The notes beneath the pieces were generated by a model. The model saw nothing but the letters and a program-made list of their open reading frames with translations. It did not search any database and was not told where the DNA came from. A stretch of DNA of 64,000 nucleotides from Candidatus Wolfebacteria bacterium (GTDB taxonomy: Bacteria > Patescibacteriota > Minisyncoccia > Phycocordibacterales > Phycocordibacteraceae), in the NCBI GenBank assembly GCA_002400985.2, contig NVRX02000004.1, forward strand, positions 114,245 to 178,244, read 5' to 3'. Of this stretch, positions 27,003 to 34,829 are shown one piece after another. How positions within the stretch are numbered: position 1 is the stretch's first letter; each line of letters starts with the position of its first letter. The translations under genes and the position numbers were made by a program.

Positions 27003-27613
27003 GGAGCAAAGGTTTTGTAGGCTTTCTCTACTATATTATCCCAAACAGGTCTTATTTCAGGCCATTCTTCTAAGTATTGATCCGCCCACTTATTATGGTC
27101 TATTTTCCATTGCTCAACATCTTCAGAGGTATATTTTAAAATCTTTACAGTTGAACCACCATTGAGGATGTTTGTTATTTTGGCAACAAGTTTATCAATT
27201 ACTTTTACAAAACGTGCCTCAGGAGTATCTTTTCTCTCATAAGATTCAATTGTTTCGTGCACCCAAGGGAAGTGCTCTCCAAATTGTGTTTGTATCTTTA
27301 ATAATGCAGCATGTTCATCGGCATCTTTCTTTTGTTGTGCATCAGGAGAAAGAGCTTTAAATGTCGGAACATCACCTGCATATACTTCAACAAGATCATG
27401 AAGTAGTGCAAACTCTACAACCCTTCCCCTATCAAGACGTGGGAGAAGGGTGTCTGCAAAAGAGCCTGCAATTAAGCCAAGCATGAAGGAATGGTCTGTG
27501 TCTGATTCACGTGTAACACCATCTTCATGGCACGTTACTCTATTAGTGCGGGCGAATTCAAGAGATATTTTCCCCATGGCAATCATTTTTTCAGTAAGCT
27601 CTGCGTTATTCAT
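26999..27613 (-). CDS. HD-domain phosphohydrolase (YfbR-like 5'-deoxynucleotidase fold)
   Basis: RESDTDHSFM...ALLHDLVEVYAGDVPT (the H..HD..D pattern). The start is taken at internal Met MNNAELTEK. Confidence 0.7.
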   Translation of the reverse strand: MNNAELTEKMIAMGKISLEFARTNRVTCHEDGVTRESDTDHSFMLGLIAGSFADTLLPRLDRGRVVEFALLHDLVEVYAGDVPTFKALSPDAQQKKDADEHAALLKIQTQFGEHFPWVHETIESYERKDTPEARFVKVIDKLVAKITNILNGGSTVKILKYTSEDVEQWKIDHNKWADQYLEEWPEIRPVWDNIVEKAYKTFAP

Positions 27614-27650
27614 ATACGTATATCTTACTACATATGATATTCTGTTCCAC

Positions 27651-28415
27651 ATGAAACTTGTCTCATGGAATGTAAACGGACTTCGTGCCATACATAGGAA
27701 AGAATGCTGGAAACCATTTTTAAAACTTAATGCAGATATTTTTGGTTTGCAAGAAATAAAGGCAGAAGAAGAACAGCTTCCTGAAGAAGTGCGTAATCCA
27801 AAGGGTTATTATGCTTATTTTAATTCATCTAAAACTCGTAAGGGGTACAGCGGAGTTGCGTTATATACAAAAGAAGAGCCTATTGAGGTCTTTGCAGACA
27901 TGGGTATCCCTGAGCTTGACCAGGAGGGACGCCTTATAGGGGCTGAGTTCAAAGATTTCTATGTATTTAACGTCTACTTCCCTAATGGAGGTGGAGGGCC
28001 TGAGAGGCTCGCATACAAGCTAGACTTTTATGATGCATTTCTTGAGTTTATCGAAAAAAAGCGCAGAGTTAAGCCAGTTATCTTTACTGGAGACGTAAAT
28101 ACTGCACATGAAGCAATAGATCTTGCTCGTCCTAAAGAGAATGCGAAGAATACAGGATTCTTGCCAGAGGAACGTGAATGGTTAGATGAGGTTGTTAGAG
28201 CGGGATATATAGATACATTTAGACACTTCTTCCCCACTAAAGCAGGTTCGTATAGTTATTGGGATATGAAGACAAGAGCAAGAGATAGAAATGTAGGGTG
28301 GCGCATTGATTATTTTTTTGCAAGTCAGGAACTACGGAAGAAATTAAAGAAGGCAGAGATACACAAAAACATTTTTGGCTCAGATCATTGTCCTATAAGC
28401 GTAACTTTGTCCTAA
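27651..28415 (+). CDS. xth: Exodeoxyribonuclease III (AP endonuclease)
   Basis: MKLVSWNVNGLRA.., ..IFGLQEIK.., ..FTGDVNTAHEAIDL.., ..WRIDYFF.. and ..SDHCPI. Confidence 0.9.
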   Translation: MKLVSWNVNGLRAIHRKECWKPFLKLNADIFGLQEIKAEEEQLPEEVRNPKGYYAYFNSSKTRKGYSGVALYTKEEPIEVFADMGIPELDQEGRLIGAEFKDFYVFNVYFPNGGGGPERLAYKLDFYDAFLEFIEKKRRVKPVIFTGDVNTAHEAIDLARPKENAKNTGFLPEEREWLDEVVRAGYIDTFRHFFPTKAGSYSYWDMKTRARDRNVGWRIDYFFASQELRKKLKKAEIHKNIFGSDHCPISVTLS

Positions 28416-28772
28416 AGGACACTTATCCCCAGGCATGTCCTTTACGTGTCCTATAGAAGGACTATAATCAATAGCAGAAAGACGTGTACATTATTGGATC
28501 TTTTACAGAGGAAAATATAGAATAATTCATTTTTGTAGCCGGGTATGTATATCCGCATCATAAATATAGGGTCTCCCTGACCCACCTGCCGAGCATGATA
28601 TCGTCTGGCGTATAAATGAATTAAAAGACTGTGCTTGTTTCGCACAATTTTACTCCCAAACAACTCACAACTCAAAATAACTCACGCGCTCAAAAAAATC
28701 TCAAACCATCTAGTTGTTCATTTAGTCTCTGCGAAACCATAAAGCATGGTCTTTTTTATACCTAAACCTAGG

Positions 28773-28798
28773 AAAACCTCGTTATATAACGAGGTTTT
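28773..28798. terminator. Perfect palindromic terminator hairpin
   Basis: AAAACCTCGTTA-ta-TAACGAGGTTTT. It lies 47 nt downstream of the cca stop and is flanked by A/T runs on both sides. Confidence 0.6.
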
Positions 28799-28845
28799 GT
28801 TACACATAAAACATGTTTCACGTGATACGAATGTTCTACGTGTAA

Positions 28846-30312
28846 CTAGGTTACGTGATGTTTTGAGCGAATATCCTTAATTGCTTGTTTTTCTTGTTCC
28901 TCTATTTTTATTTTTCCTGCGTCTGCAGATTTCTTGAGATCTTCAGGAGACATATTACTTAATTCTTCCGCTCTTTTTTCTAGTATTTCGGCAGTATTTA
29001 AAGATGGGTCATCAAGGACCTCTTCAAGTAGGGTATGGAGTATGTAGCCAATTTTTGGACCTGGTTTAACGTGTAACATCTCCATAAGGCGCAAACCATC
29101 AACCTTAAGCATTTTTACTGAAATAGGGTCTCTGAGTGCTTCTTCTACGAAGGATTTGTACTTTCTGAATCGAAATGGTTGCTCTTTTGGCCTTCCGGTA
29201 CCTACGCGATCACAAATCCGGAGATTTAATAAATCCCAAATGTTTTCTTCTCCAACATTTCTAATCATTCGACGTACAGCAGACATTGTAATGAGGTCAG
29301 GATCTGAGAAGAACATGTGCCAACGAACAAGTTTTGTAACTCGTTCAATGGTTTTCTTTGGAAACTTAAGATCCTGTAGAGCTTTTTTGGTTACACGTGC
29401 GCCCACCACTTCGTGGTTATAGAATGTATAATCGCCCTTAACCTCATCAAACCGCCGTGTTTCAGGCTTTGAGACGTCATGAAAGAGTCCTGCTAGACGT
29501 ATCTCCCATTCCCAGTTTTTGTCTGCACCGTGCTGCATGGTACGGATAAGGTGCTCAAATACATCAAATTTATGGGCCTGATTTTGTGAAATACCAACAC
29601 CGCGCTCCAAATCTGGCGCTATATATCTTAGAATGCCTAACTTTTGACACACAACTATAGCCATCATAGGTTCTTTAGACTTGAGAATACGAATAAATTC
29701 ATCTCGAATACGTTCTTTTGAGATATTTTTTAAATTACTGGCCGTTCGTGCAATTGCCGCTGCAGTTTCTCCATCAAGCGCAAAGTTTAGTTCTGCAGAA
29801 AGGCGAACAGCTCGCATCATCCGTAACGCATCTTCATTAAAGCGCTCATCTGCAACACCAACTGTCTTTAAGACCTTAGAAGCTATATCTTCTTGTCCTT
29901 TATAAAGGTCAACAATTTGTCCTTTAGATGGATCGTATGCAATAGCATTGATAGTAAAGTCACGGCGTGAAAGATCATCTTCAAGAGAAACTCCAAAAGA
30001 TACCTTGTCTGGGCGCCTACTGTCTGAATATCCTTCTTCTGAACGATAGGGAGTTACTTCAATTACTTTAAGAGATTCATCTTCTGTTTCAAGAGTTACT
30101 CCAACAGTTCCAAAGTCATTATTATAAAAGCTTTGATCAGGAAAGAGGGAAGTGATTTCTTCTGGTTTTGCATTGGTTGTTATATCCCAATCTTTTGGAG
30201 TTCTTCCTATAATAAGGTCACGTGTACAGCCACCGACAAGGTATGCGTCAAAGCCACCCTTTGAGAGAGTTTCTGTTACAAAAGTTACTTCTTTTGGAAT
30301 AGAGAATTTCAT
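28846..30312 (-). CDS. cca: CCA-adding tRNA nucleotidyltransferase with a C-terminal HD domain
   Basis: GGFDAYLVGGCTRDLIIGRTPKDWDITT (Pol-beta NT motif), ..RDFTINA.. and an HD region ..GLFHDVSKP.. The start is at MKFSIP. The longer track ORF reads through the antisense strand of a tRNA. Confidence 0.85.
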   Translation of the reverse strand: MKFSIPKEVTFVTETLSKGGFDAYLVGGCTRDLIIGRTPKDWDITTNAKPEEITSLFPDQSFYNNDFGTVGVTLETEDESLKVIEVTPYRSEEGYSDSRRPDKVSFGVSLEDDLSRRDFTINAIAYDPSKGQIVDLYKGQEDIASKVLKTVGVADERFNEDALRMMRAVRLSAELNFALDGETAAAIARTASNLKNISKERIRDEFIRILKSKEPMMAIVVCQKLGILRYIAPDLERGVGISQNQAHKFDVFEHLIRTMQHGADKNWEWEIRLAGLFHDVSKPETRRFDEVKGDYTFYNHEVVGARVTKKALQDLKFPKKTIERVTKLVRWHMFFSDPDLITMSAVRRMIRNVGEENIWDLLNLRICDRVGTGRPKEQPFRFRKYKSFVEEALRDPISVKMLKVDGLRLMEMLHVKPGPKIGYILHTLLEEVLDDPSLNTAEILEKRAEELSNMSPEDLKKSADAGKIKIEEQEKQAIKDIRSKHHVT

Positions 30313-30371
30313 ATACGTAGAGTAGTATATTTTTTGCATATTTCCTAGAAAAGACGTAGTATTGCGGGAAC

Positions 30372-30443
30372 GCACCTGTGGTGAAATGGATATCACAACG
30401 GTCTTCGGAACCGTTATTCTGGGTTCGAATCCTGGCAGGTGCA
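30372..30443 (+). tRNA. tRNA-Arg (anticodon TCG)
   Basis: Hand-folded cloverleaf. Acceptor GCACCTG/CAGGTGC, anticodon stem ACGGT/ACCGT with loop CTTCGGA, T-arm CTGGG-TTCGAAT-CCTGG. No encoded CCA. Confidence 0.75.
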
Positions 30444-30609
30444 CAAATAGGGGAGAGAGGGCTCTATAGAAGGAAGGAGTGCGCGTATACTACGCGTATT
30501 TCTCGTGTGCCATCAAAGGTAATGTGGTGTGTTACGGGCACCAGCTCTTTATACGAGTTGCTAATAGCCTTGTCACCCCCTAAATAAACACCAACGTAGC
30601 CCCTGTATT

Positions 30610-30635
30610 AAAAAAGCCCCGCACAAATGCGAGGC
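30610..30635 (-). terminator. Rho-independent terminator of the 30662-30976 gene
   Basis: The minus strand reads GCCTCGCA-tttg-TGCGGGGC followed by TTTTTT. Confidence 0.5.
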
Positions 30636-30661
30636 CATTAAAGCAATTAACAGATAAGATC

Positions 30662-30976
30662 TCAGTCTTTTTCCAAAGATTCAAGCATCAACTTTCCGAA
30701 TGATGCGTTTGAATGTATTCGGTTGGAAAGGAAACTTATATTTTGTTGTATCATCTCAAATTTAATTGGAAAAAGGTGGTAGCCTAGTGACTCAGAAGAA
30801 ACACCAAAAGAAACATCTGCTTCCGCAATTCGTTCTTTTGTTTTTTTGATAATAAATTTGCACTCATCATCAAGAACAAGGTCTGCTTTTGCTTCTTCAA
30901 GTATTTTAACAAGGTTGAAGAAACCTTTTTTTAGTGAGGGATAGACTTCCCTACAGTTTTTGATTTCATTTTGCAT
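30662..30976 (-). CDS. Hypothetical protein (104 aa)
   Basis: Open frame with an AAGGAAGAG purine-rich SD-like element about 9 nt upstream, and its own terminator. No recognisable motif. Confidence 0.45.
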   Translation of the reverse strand: MQNEIKNCREVYPSLKKGFFNLVKILEEAKADLVLDDECKFIIKKTKERIAEADVSFGVSSESLGYHLFPIKFEMIQQNISFLSNRIHSNASFGKLMLESLEKD

Positions 30977-31282
30977 TTTTTACTCTTCCTTTTCTACAAA
31001 ATTTCTATTTATACTCTAGTACATATTATAGAATGATTCTTAATAATTGTCAATTCTAGTAAAGCAATTACCTTACCAAGAAGATTTTAAGGTTTAAGAC
31101 ACACCCTCAAAAGTGTGGACAAACCTGTGTATAGTGGGGATAAAGGACACGTTTCTTTGTCCGATAAAAATAATTATGGCTTAGTAGAGCCATAAAGAAA
31201 AAAAGACGGAAAAGACAAATAAAAGACTTTTTCTGGAAGATAGCAGAATATGTATAGTGTGATAGTATTTCGGCACGCTGAT

Positions 31283-31353
31283 CGGAGCGTAGTATAGTGG
31301 TAGTACGCATCGTTTGGGACGATGTAGTCCGAGTTCGATTCTCGGCGCCCCGA
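31283..31353 (+). tRNA. tRNA-Pro (anticodon TGG)
   Basis: Acceptor CGGAGCG/CGCCCCG (one A-C mismatch), anticodon stem CATCG/CGATG with loop TTTGGGA, T-arm CCGAG-TTCGATT-CTCGG. No encoded CCA. Confidence 0.72.
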
Positions 31354-31382
31354 CAAGGTTTTATAGGCTTAAATTCTTTTTT

Positions 31383-32426
31383 ATGAATCTAGCATTAGAG
31401 GCAGTATATTTTGGCAACACAGTACAACAGTATCTAGAAGCAGCTGGCTTATTCATTGTAGCTTTTGTTGTATTTGGCATTGTGCAGTATTTGGTGGTAA
31501 ATCGTCTCGCTGCATATGCAAAAAAGAGCGCAACAACTATAGATGATGCTGCAATTCGTATTGTTCGAAGCATTAAGCCTGGATTTTTTGCATATATAGC
31601 ACTATTTCTTGGATACCAAAGACTCTCATTTCCTGTGCTTGTAGACAGTATTGCAGGAGGGATTCTTGTTATCTGGGCAGCGTATCAAATTGTTATTGCA
31701 CTTCAAATTCTCATTGATTACATCATTAGCAGGTGGCAAAGCGAAGATGATATAGCAACAACATCTGCATATGGATTCTTAGGAGGGATTGTAAAATCTA
31801 TATTGTGGGTTCTTGCCTTTGTTTTTGTACTCTCAAACTTTGGAGTAGACATAACAGCCCTTATTGCAGGTATTGGTATTGGAGGTATTGCAATTGCATT
31901 TGCTCTTCAGAATATTCTTGCAGATCTCTTTAGTTCATTCGCTATTCATTTTGATAAACCTTTTGTGCTCGGAGATACTATTAAGGTAGGGAAGCACACA
32001 GGAACGGTAGAAAAGGTTGGTATTAAAACAACTCGAATCAAATCTTTGCGAGGGGAAGAGGTTGTATTTTCAAACCAAAACCTTACATCAGATGTTATTC
32101 AAAACTTTGGAAAAATGGAAGAACGTCGAAATACATTTCAGTTTGGAATTCTGTACGAGACAGACCTTAAAAAAGTTCGAGCGGTACCAATGATGGTTGA
32201 GGGTATTTTCAAAAATATCAAAGACGTTCGTCTTGATCGTACACACTTTAAAACACTGGGGGATTCAGCACTTGTGTTTGAGGTTACATATTTTTCAACA
32301 AATCCAAACTACACATTCACTCTTGATGTGCAGCAGGAGATAAACCTTGGTCTTATGGAGCGATTTGAAAAAGAAGGCATTGAGTTTGCATATCCAACCC
32401 AGGTTATTTATTCAAAGAAGGGTTAG
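31383..32426 (+). CDS. Small-conductance mechanosensitive channel (MscS family)
   Basis: Multiple TM helices, then ..ALQNILADLFSSFAIHFDKPFVLGDTIKVGKHTGTVEKVGIKTTRIKSLRGEEVVFSNQNL.. (the MscS beta domain). The start is at MNLALEAV, after tRNA-Pro. Confidence 0.85.
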   Translation: MNLALEAVYFGNTVQQYLEAAGLFIVAFVVFGIVQYLVVNRLAAYAKKSATTIDDAAIRIVRSIKPGFFAYIALFLGYQRLSFPVLVDSIAGGILVIWAAYQIVIALQILIDYIISRWQSEDDIATTSAYGFLGGIVKSILWVLAFVFVLSNFGVDITALIAGIGIGGIAIAFALQNILADLFSSFAIHFDKPFVLGDTIKVGKHTGTVEKVGIKTTRIKSLRGEEVVFSNQNLTSDVIQNFGKMEERRNTFQFGILYETDLKKVRAVPMMVEGIFKNIKDVRLDRTHFKTLGDSALVFEVTYFSTNPNYTFTLDVQQEINLGLMERFEKEGIEFAYPTQVIYSKKG

Positions 32427-33582
32427 AGTTTTCCTAATACAGCAAGAAGAAGATCTCTCAAAGTGGGGAGGACTGTTTCTGTGAACTCCTCATATTCAGG
32501 CTGTATGTCGCCAAATGCATATGAAGCAAAACTTGTTCCGTGTTGCCCCGTAAAGCTCCGTGATATATGTCCGGTGCTAATGGCTCTAAGGTCTCTCTCT
32601 TGCGTACTTTCTTCAAGAGAGCTGGTAACTACAAGACCAATCAAACTACCGTCTGAGCGCACTACAGCACCTCCTGAGGCCCCTTGTTGTGCCAAAGGAA
32701 CACCGCCAAGTGATAATACATCTACGGTTGTTTGATTAAAGGTAAAAATGTCTTGCACTGTTCCTGCTGCAGATATTTGCACAAGGTTTCTCCGTATTGC
32801 ATCTGCCCCAAGGAAGCTCGCTGGATATCCTGCACTAATAACGGTTCCTCCGATAACTGCATCATCAAATGTTATAGGAAGAAAAGGAAATGTTTCAGGA
32901 AGGCTCGAAAATTCTGTTGCTTCGGTAATAGTAAGGAGTGCGAAGTCATCTTTGCCGTACCTTTAGGTTTTGTTTGAGAAATAGCTTCTTTATTTTCAAG
33001 AACCCAGAGAGGGGAGATGTACGCAAGATCTGCAATGTACGCATCGGTAGCTGGAGATCCTATTCGAACGGTACAGACAACACTGTCTTCAACAGGATAA
33101 TCCTTAAGAAGCAGGTGCTGTGCTATATGTGCATTGGTGAGAATAGTTCCCGAAGGATCAATAATAATTCCAGATCCAGAAATTGAGTTAATGGGTGACA
33201 GGGGAGTTGCTGTACAGAGAATGTTTACAAGAGCCGCTTGTATTTGTTTATTTACAATCTCAAGGTCTTTCGGAATAAAGCTTGGTGTTTCAGGTGCTAG
33301 CTCCTCTATGGGAATGGACACGGGTGTTTCAGTGGGTGCCGGCCCTATTTCTTCAGGTATTTCAACAGGTGCTACTTCTTCTATAAAAGAGGGTGTTTCA
33401 ATAGGGAGAGACGGAAGTTCTTCCTTTGTTTCTTCAACAACTTCAACAAGATCTGTCTCTGATTCAGCGGTAGTAGCTAGAATAGGTTCATTTATTTCAG
33501 TAAATAGGAAAAATCCAGATAGAAAGAAAAGAGTTCCTGTAATGATTGCTAAGATTGTAGAAGGTTGGAAAAATTTAGCCAT
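32423..33582 (-). pseudogene. Trypsin-like (S1C/HtrA-type) serine protease interrupted by a 1-nt frameshift
   Basis: The upstream ORF (32872-33582) has a TM anchor and the catalytic His (..GTILTNAHIA..). Shifting frame near 32955-32965 restores ..YGKDDFALLTITEAT.. (catalytic Asp). It then continues into ORF 32423-32782 with GASGGAVV (catalytic Ser). Confidence 0.7.
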
Positions 33583-33655
33583 ATATAAGCGTAGAGTATC
33601 AAATTATTGGCACTACTCAAATATATCTGTTTTGGGTAGACGAAAGAATTTCTTG

Positions 33656-33664
33656 TGCTATACT
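33656..33664 (+). promoter_or_regulatory. Extended -10 TGCTATACT
   Basis: The same 9-mer as at 19162-19170(-) and 53034-53042(+). About 58 nt upstream of the small acidic ORF. Confidence 0.35.
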
Positions 33665-33721
33665 CGCACGCAGTGCTTGGCGCAAGCCAGGCTTTCATTA
33701 TTTCTAGTGTATATACACAAT

Positions 33722-33862
33722 ATGGACGACGCAACACCAAACATGGACGCTCCAGCAACGGACGCTCCAGCAATGGAGACTCCTTCAGAGGACGCTCCAG
33801 CTACAGAGGCTCCTGCTGAGGCAGAGGCTCCTGCAGCAGAGGAGGCACCTGCTGCTGAGTAA
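33722..33862 (+). CDS. Acidic Ala/Pro-rich 46-aa micro-protein with a pentapeptide periodicity (hypothetical)
   Basis: MDDATPNMDAPATDAPAMETPSEDAPATEAPAEAEAPAAEEAPAAE. It has a 15-nt DNA periodicity. A promoter-like element lies upstream and a strong terminator downstream. Confidence 0.35.
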   Translation: MDDATPNMDAPATDAPAMETPSEDAPATEAPAEAEAPAAEEAPAAE

Positions 33863-33883
33863 GCAACTTGAGCCAACTCATAG

Positions 33884-33907
33884 AAAACCCACCGTCTGGT
33901 GGGTTTT
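33884..33907 (+). terminator. Rho-independent terminator
   Basis: AAAACCCACC-gtct-GGTGGGTTTT followed by CTT. Confidence 0.7.
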
Positions 33908-33941
33908 CTTATGTCAAAAATGTGATATATTTCTTTTCAAC

Positions 33942-34015
33942 GCGGGTATAGTTTAGTGGTAGAACATCTGCCTTCCAAGCAGAGGATGGGAGTTCGATTC
34001 CCCCTACCCGCACCA
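33942..34015 (+). tRNA. tRNA-Gly (anticodon TCC), CCA encoded
   Basis: Acceptor GCGGGTA/TACCCGC, anticodon stem TCTGC/GCAGA with loop CTTCCAA, T-loop TTCGATT, 3' ACCA. Confidence 0.82.
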
Positions 34016-34016
34016 G

Positions 34017-34053
34017 AACAAAAAGAACCAGCAATAGCTGGTTCTTTTTGTTG
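34017..34053. terminator. Terminator hairpin after tRNA-Gly
   Basis: AACAAAAAGAACCAGC-aata-GCTGGTTCTTTTTGTT. Confidence 0.6.
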
Positions 34054-34105
34054 TATAGATAAAAATAAAAGCGCCAGCTTTCAAGCGGACGCTTTTGTCC
34101 TTGCC

Positions 34106-34333
34106 TTACCTGTTTAAAAACGGGCAAATTGTAGAAGACAGAGCTTTTTCAGTAGCATTAGCTTTCGCAGCCTTTTTGTTGGAGCCTTCTCCAATAAAAG
34201 TTCCGAAGAAGGTTTTAACCTCCACTGTTACCACTGTCTCGTGGCAAGAGACTTTATTTTTTGTTTTTCCGAACACAATATTTAATCCAAAGTACCTTTG
34301 GTGTGTTTCGGAGAATGTTTGAATATCTATCAT
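34106..34333 (-). CDS. Small dsRBD-like protein (75 aa)
   Basis: The C-terminal ..GTFIGEGSNKKAAKANATEKAL.. matches the dsRNA-binding-domain G-x-G-x-S-K-K-x-A helix. AAGGAGG lies at 34343-34349, 9 nt upstream of ATG 34333. The longer track ORF would run through the hup terminator. Confidence 0.45.
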   Translation of the reverse strand: MIDIQTFSETHQRYFGLNIVFGKTKNKVSCHETVVTVEVKTFFGTFIGEGSNKKAAKANATEKALSSTICPFLNR

Positions 34334-34404
34334 AATGATATCCCTCCTTTCTGTGGTTAGAGTGCTATATATAGACGCTGTTGTCAAGTAGGTTGGTATT
34401 TGAT

Positions 34405-34447
34405 TAGGTAATAAAAAAGACCCCAATAGGGTCTTTTTTATTACCTA
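34405..34447. terminator. 19-bp perfect inverted repeat (hup terminator)
   Basis: TAGGTAATAAAAAAGACCC-caata-GGGTCTTTTTTATTACCTA. It lies 16 nt downstream of the hup stop. Confidence 0.7.
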
Positions 34448-34462
34448 GGTAAATAGGAGAGA

Positions 34463-34741
34463 TTACACTCCCTTCACTGCGTCCTTAAGTGCTTTTGCTG
34501 CACGGAACTTTGGTACTCGCATTGCGGGAATCTGAATTGATTCTCCTGTTCGCGGGTTTCGTCCTGTACGAGCTGCTCGCATCTTTGCTTCAAAGATTCC
34601 AAGTCCAGCGATTGATACTTCGTCACCAGCTGTAAGCGTAGTGATGATTGTTTCGATTACTGACTCCACTGATCGCTCAGCGTCAGCCTTTGTTCCACCA
34701 ACTGTTTCGTGAACGCGTGAGATTATATCTGCTTTATTCAT
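34463..34741 (-). CDS. hup: HU family DNA-binding protein
   Basis: MNKADIISRV....GLGIFEAKMRAARTGRNPRTGESIQIPAMRVPKFRAAKALKDAV. Confidence 0.92.
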   Translation of the reverse strand: MNKADIISRVHETVGGTKADAERSVESVIETIITTLTAGDEVSIAGLGIFEAKMRAARTGRNPRTGESIQIPAMRVPKFRAAKALKDAVKGV

Positions 34742-34829
34742 GTCTTAACTTTACTATTTATAAATGATCCCGGAAGGCATCTACTCAAAAGTATACCTAT
34801 AAAGCCCTATAAAGCGCAAGAGCTGTGAT

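Noticed and set aside
28451-28675. A 74-aa minus-strand ORF in the xth-cca gap
   Set aside because: It has no SD or -10 context and an implausible composition (MSCELFGSKIVRNKHSLLIHLY...). The region is better treated as non-coding.
30313-30444. The N-terminal extension of the cca ORF (MHLPGFEPRITVPK...)
   Set aside because: This segment is the antisense translation of tRNA-Arg (GFEPR comes from the GGTTCGAATCC T-loop). The true start is at 30312.
30450-30580. SRP (4.5S) RNA identity for the structured region after tRNA-Arg, because of a GAAGGAAGGAG string
   Set aside because: The string is not in a GNRA-capped helix with the conserved AGCA/GGAA symmetric-loop context. It is therefore kept only as an unclassified candidate RNA.
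31107-31356. Two minus-strand ORFs (67 and 60 aa), and the first 23 codons of the MscS ORF
   Set aside because: They overlap tRNA-Pro or read through it. The MscS start moved to ATG 31383.
32950-32975. Programmed -1 ribosomal frameshifting in the protease gene
   Set aside because: There is no X-XXY-YYZ slippery heptamer and no obvious downstream pseudoknot. A simple 1-nt indel or sequencing error explains the data.
33909-34127. A 72-aa minus-strand ORF
   Set aside because: It is antisense to tRNA-Gly and spans two terminator hairpins.
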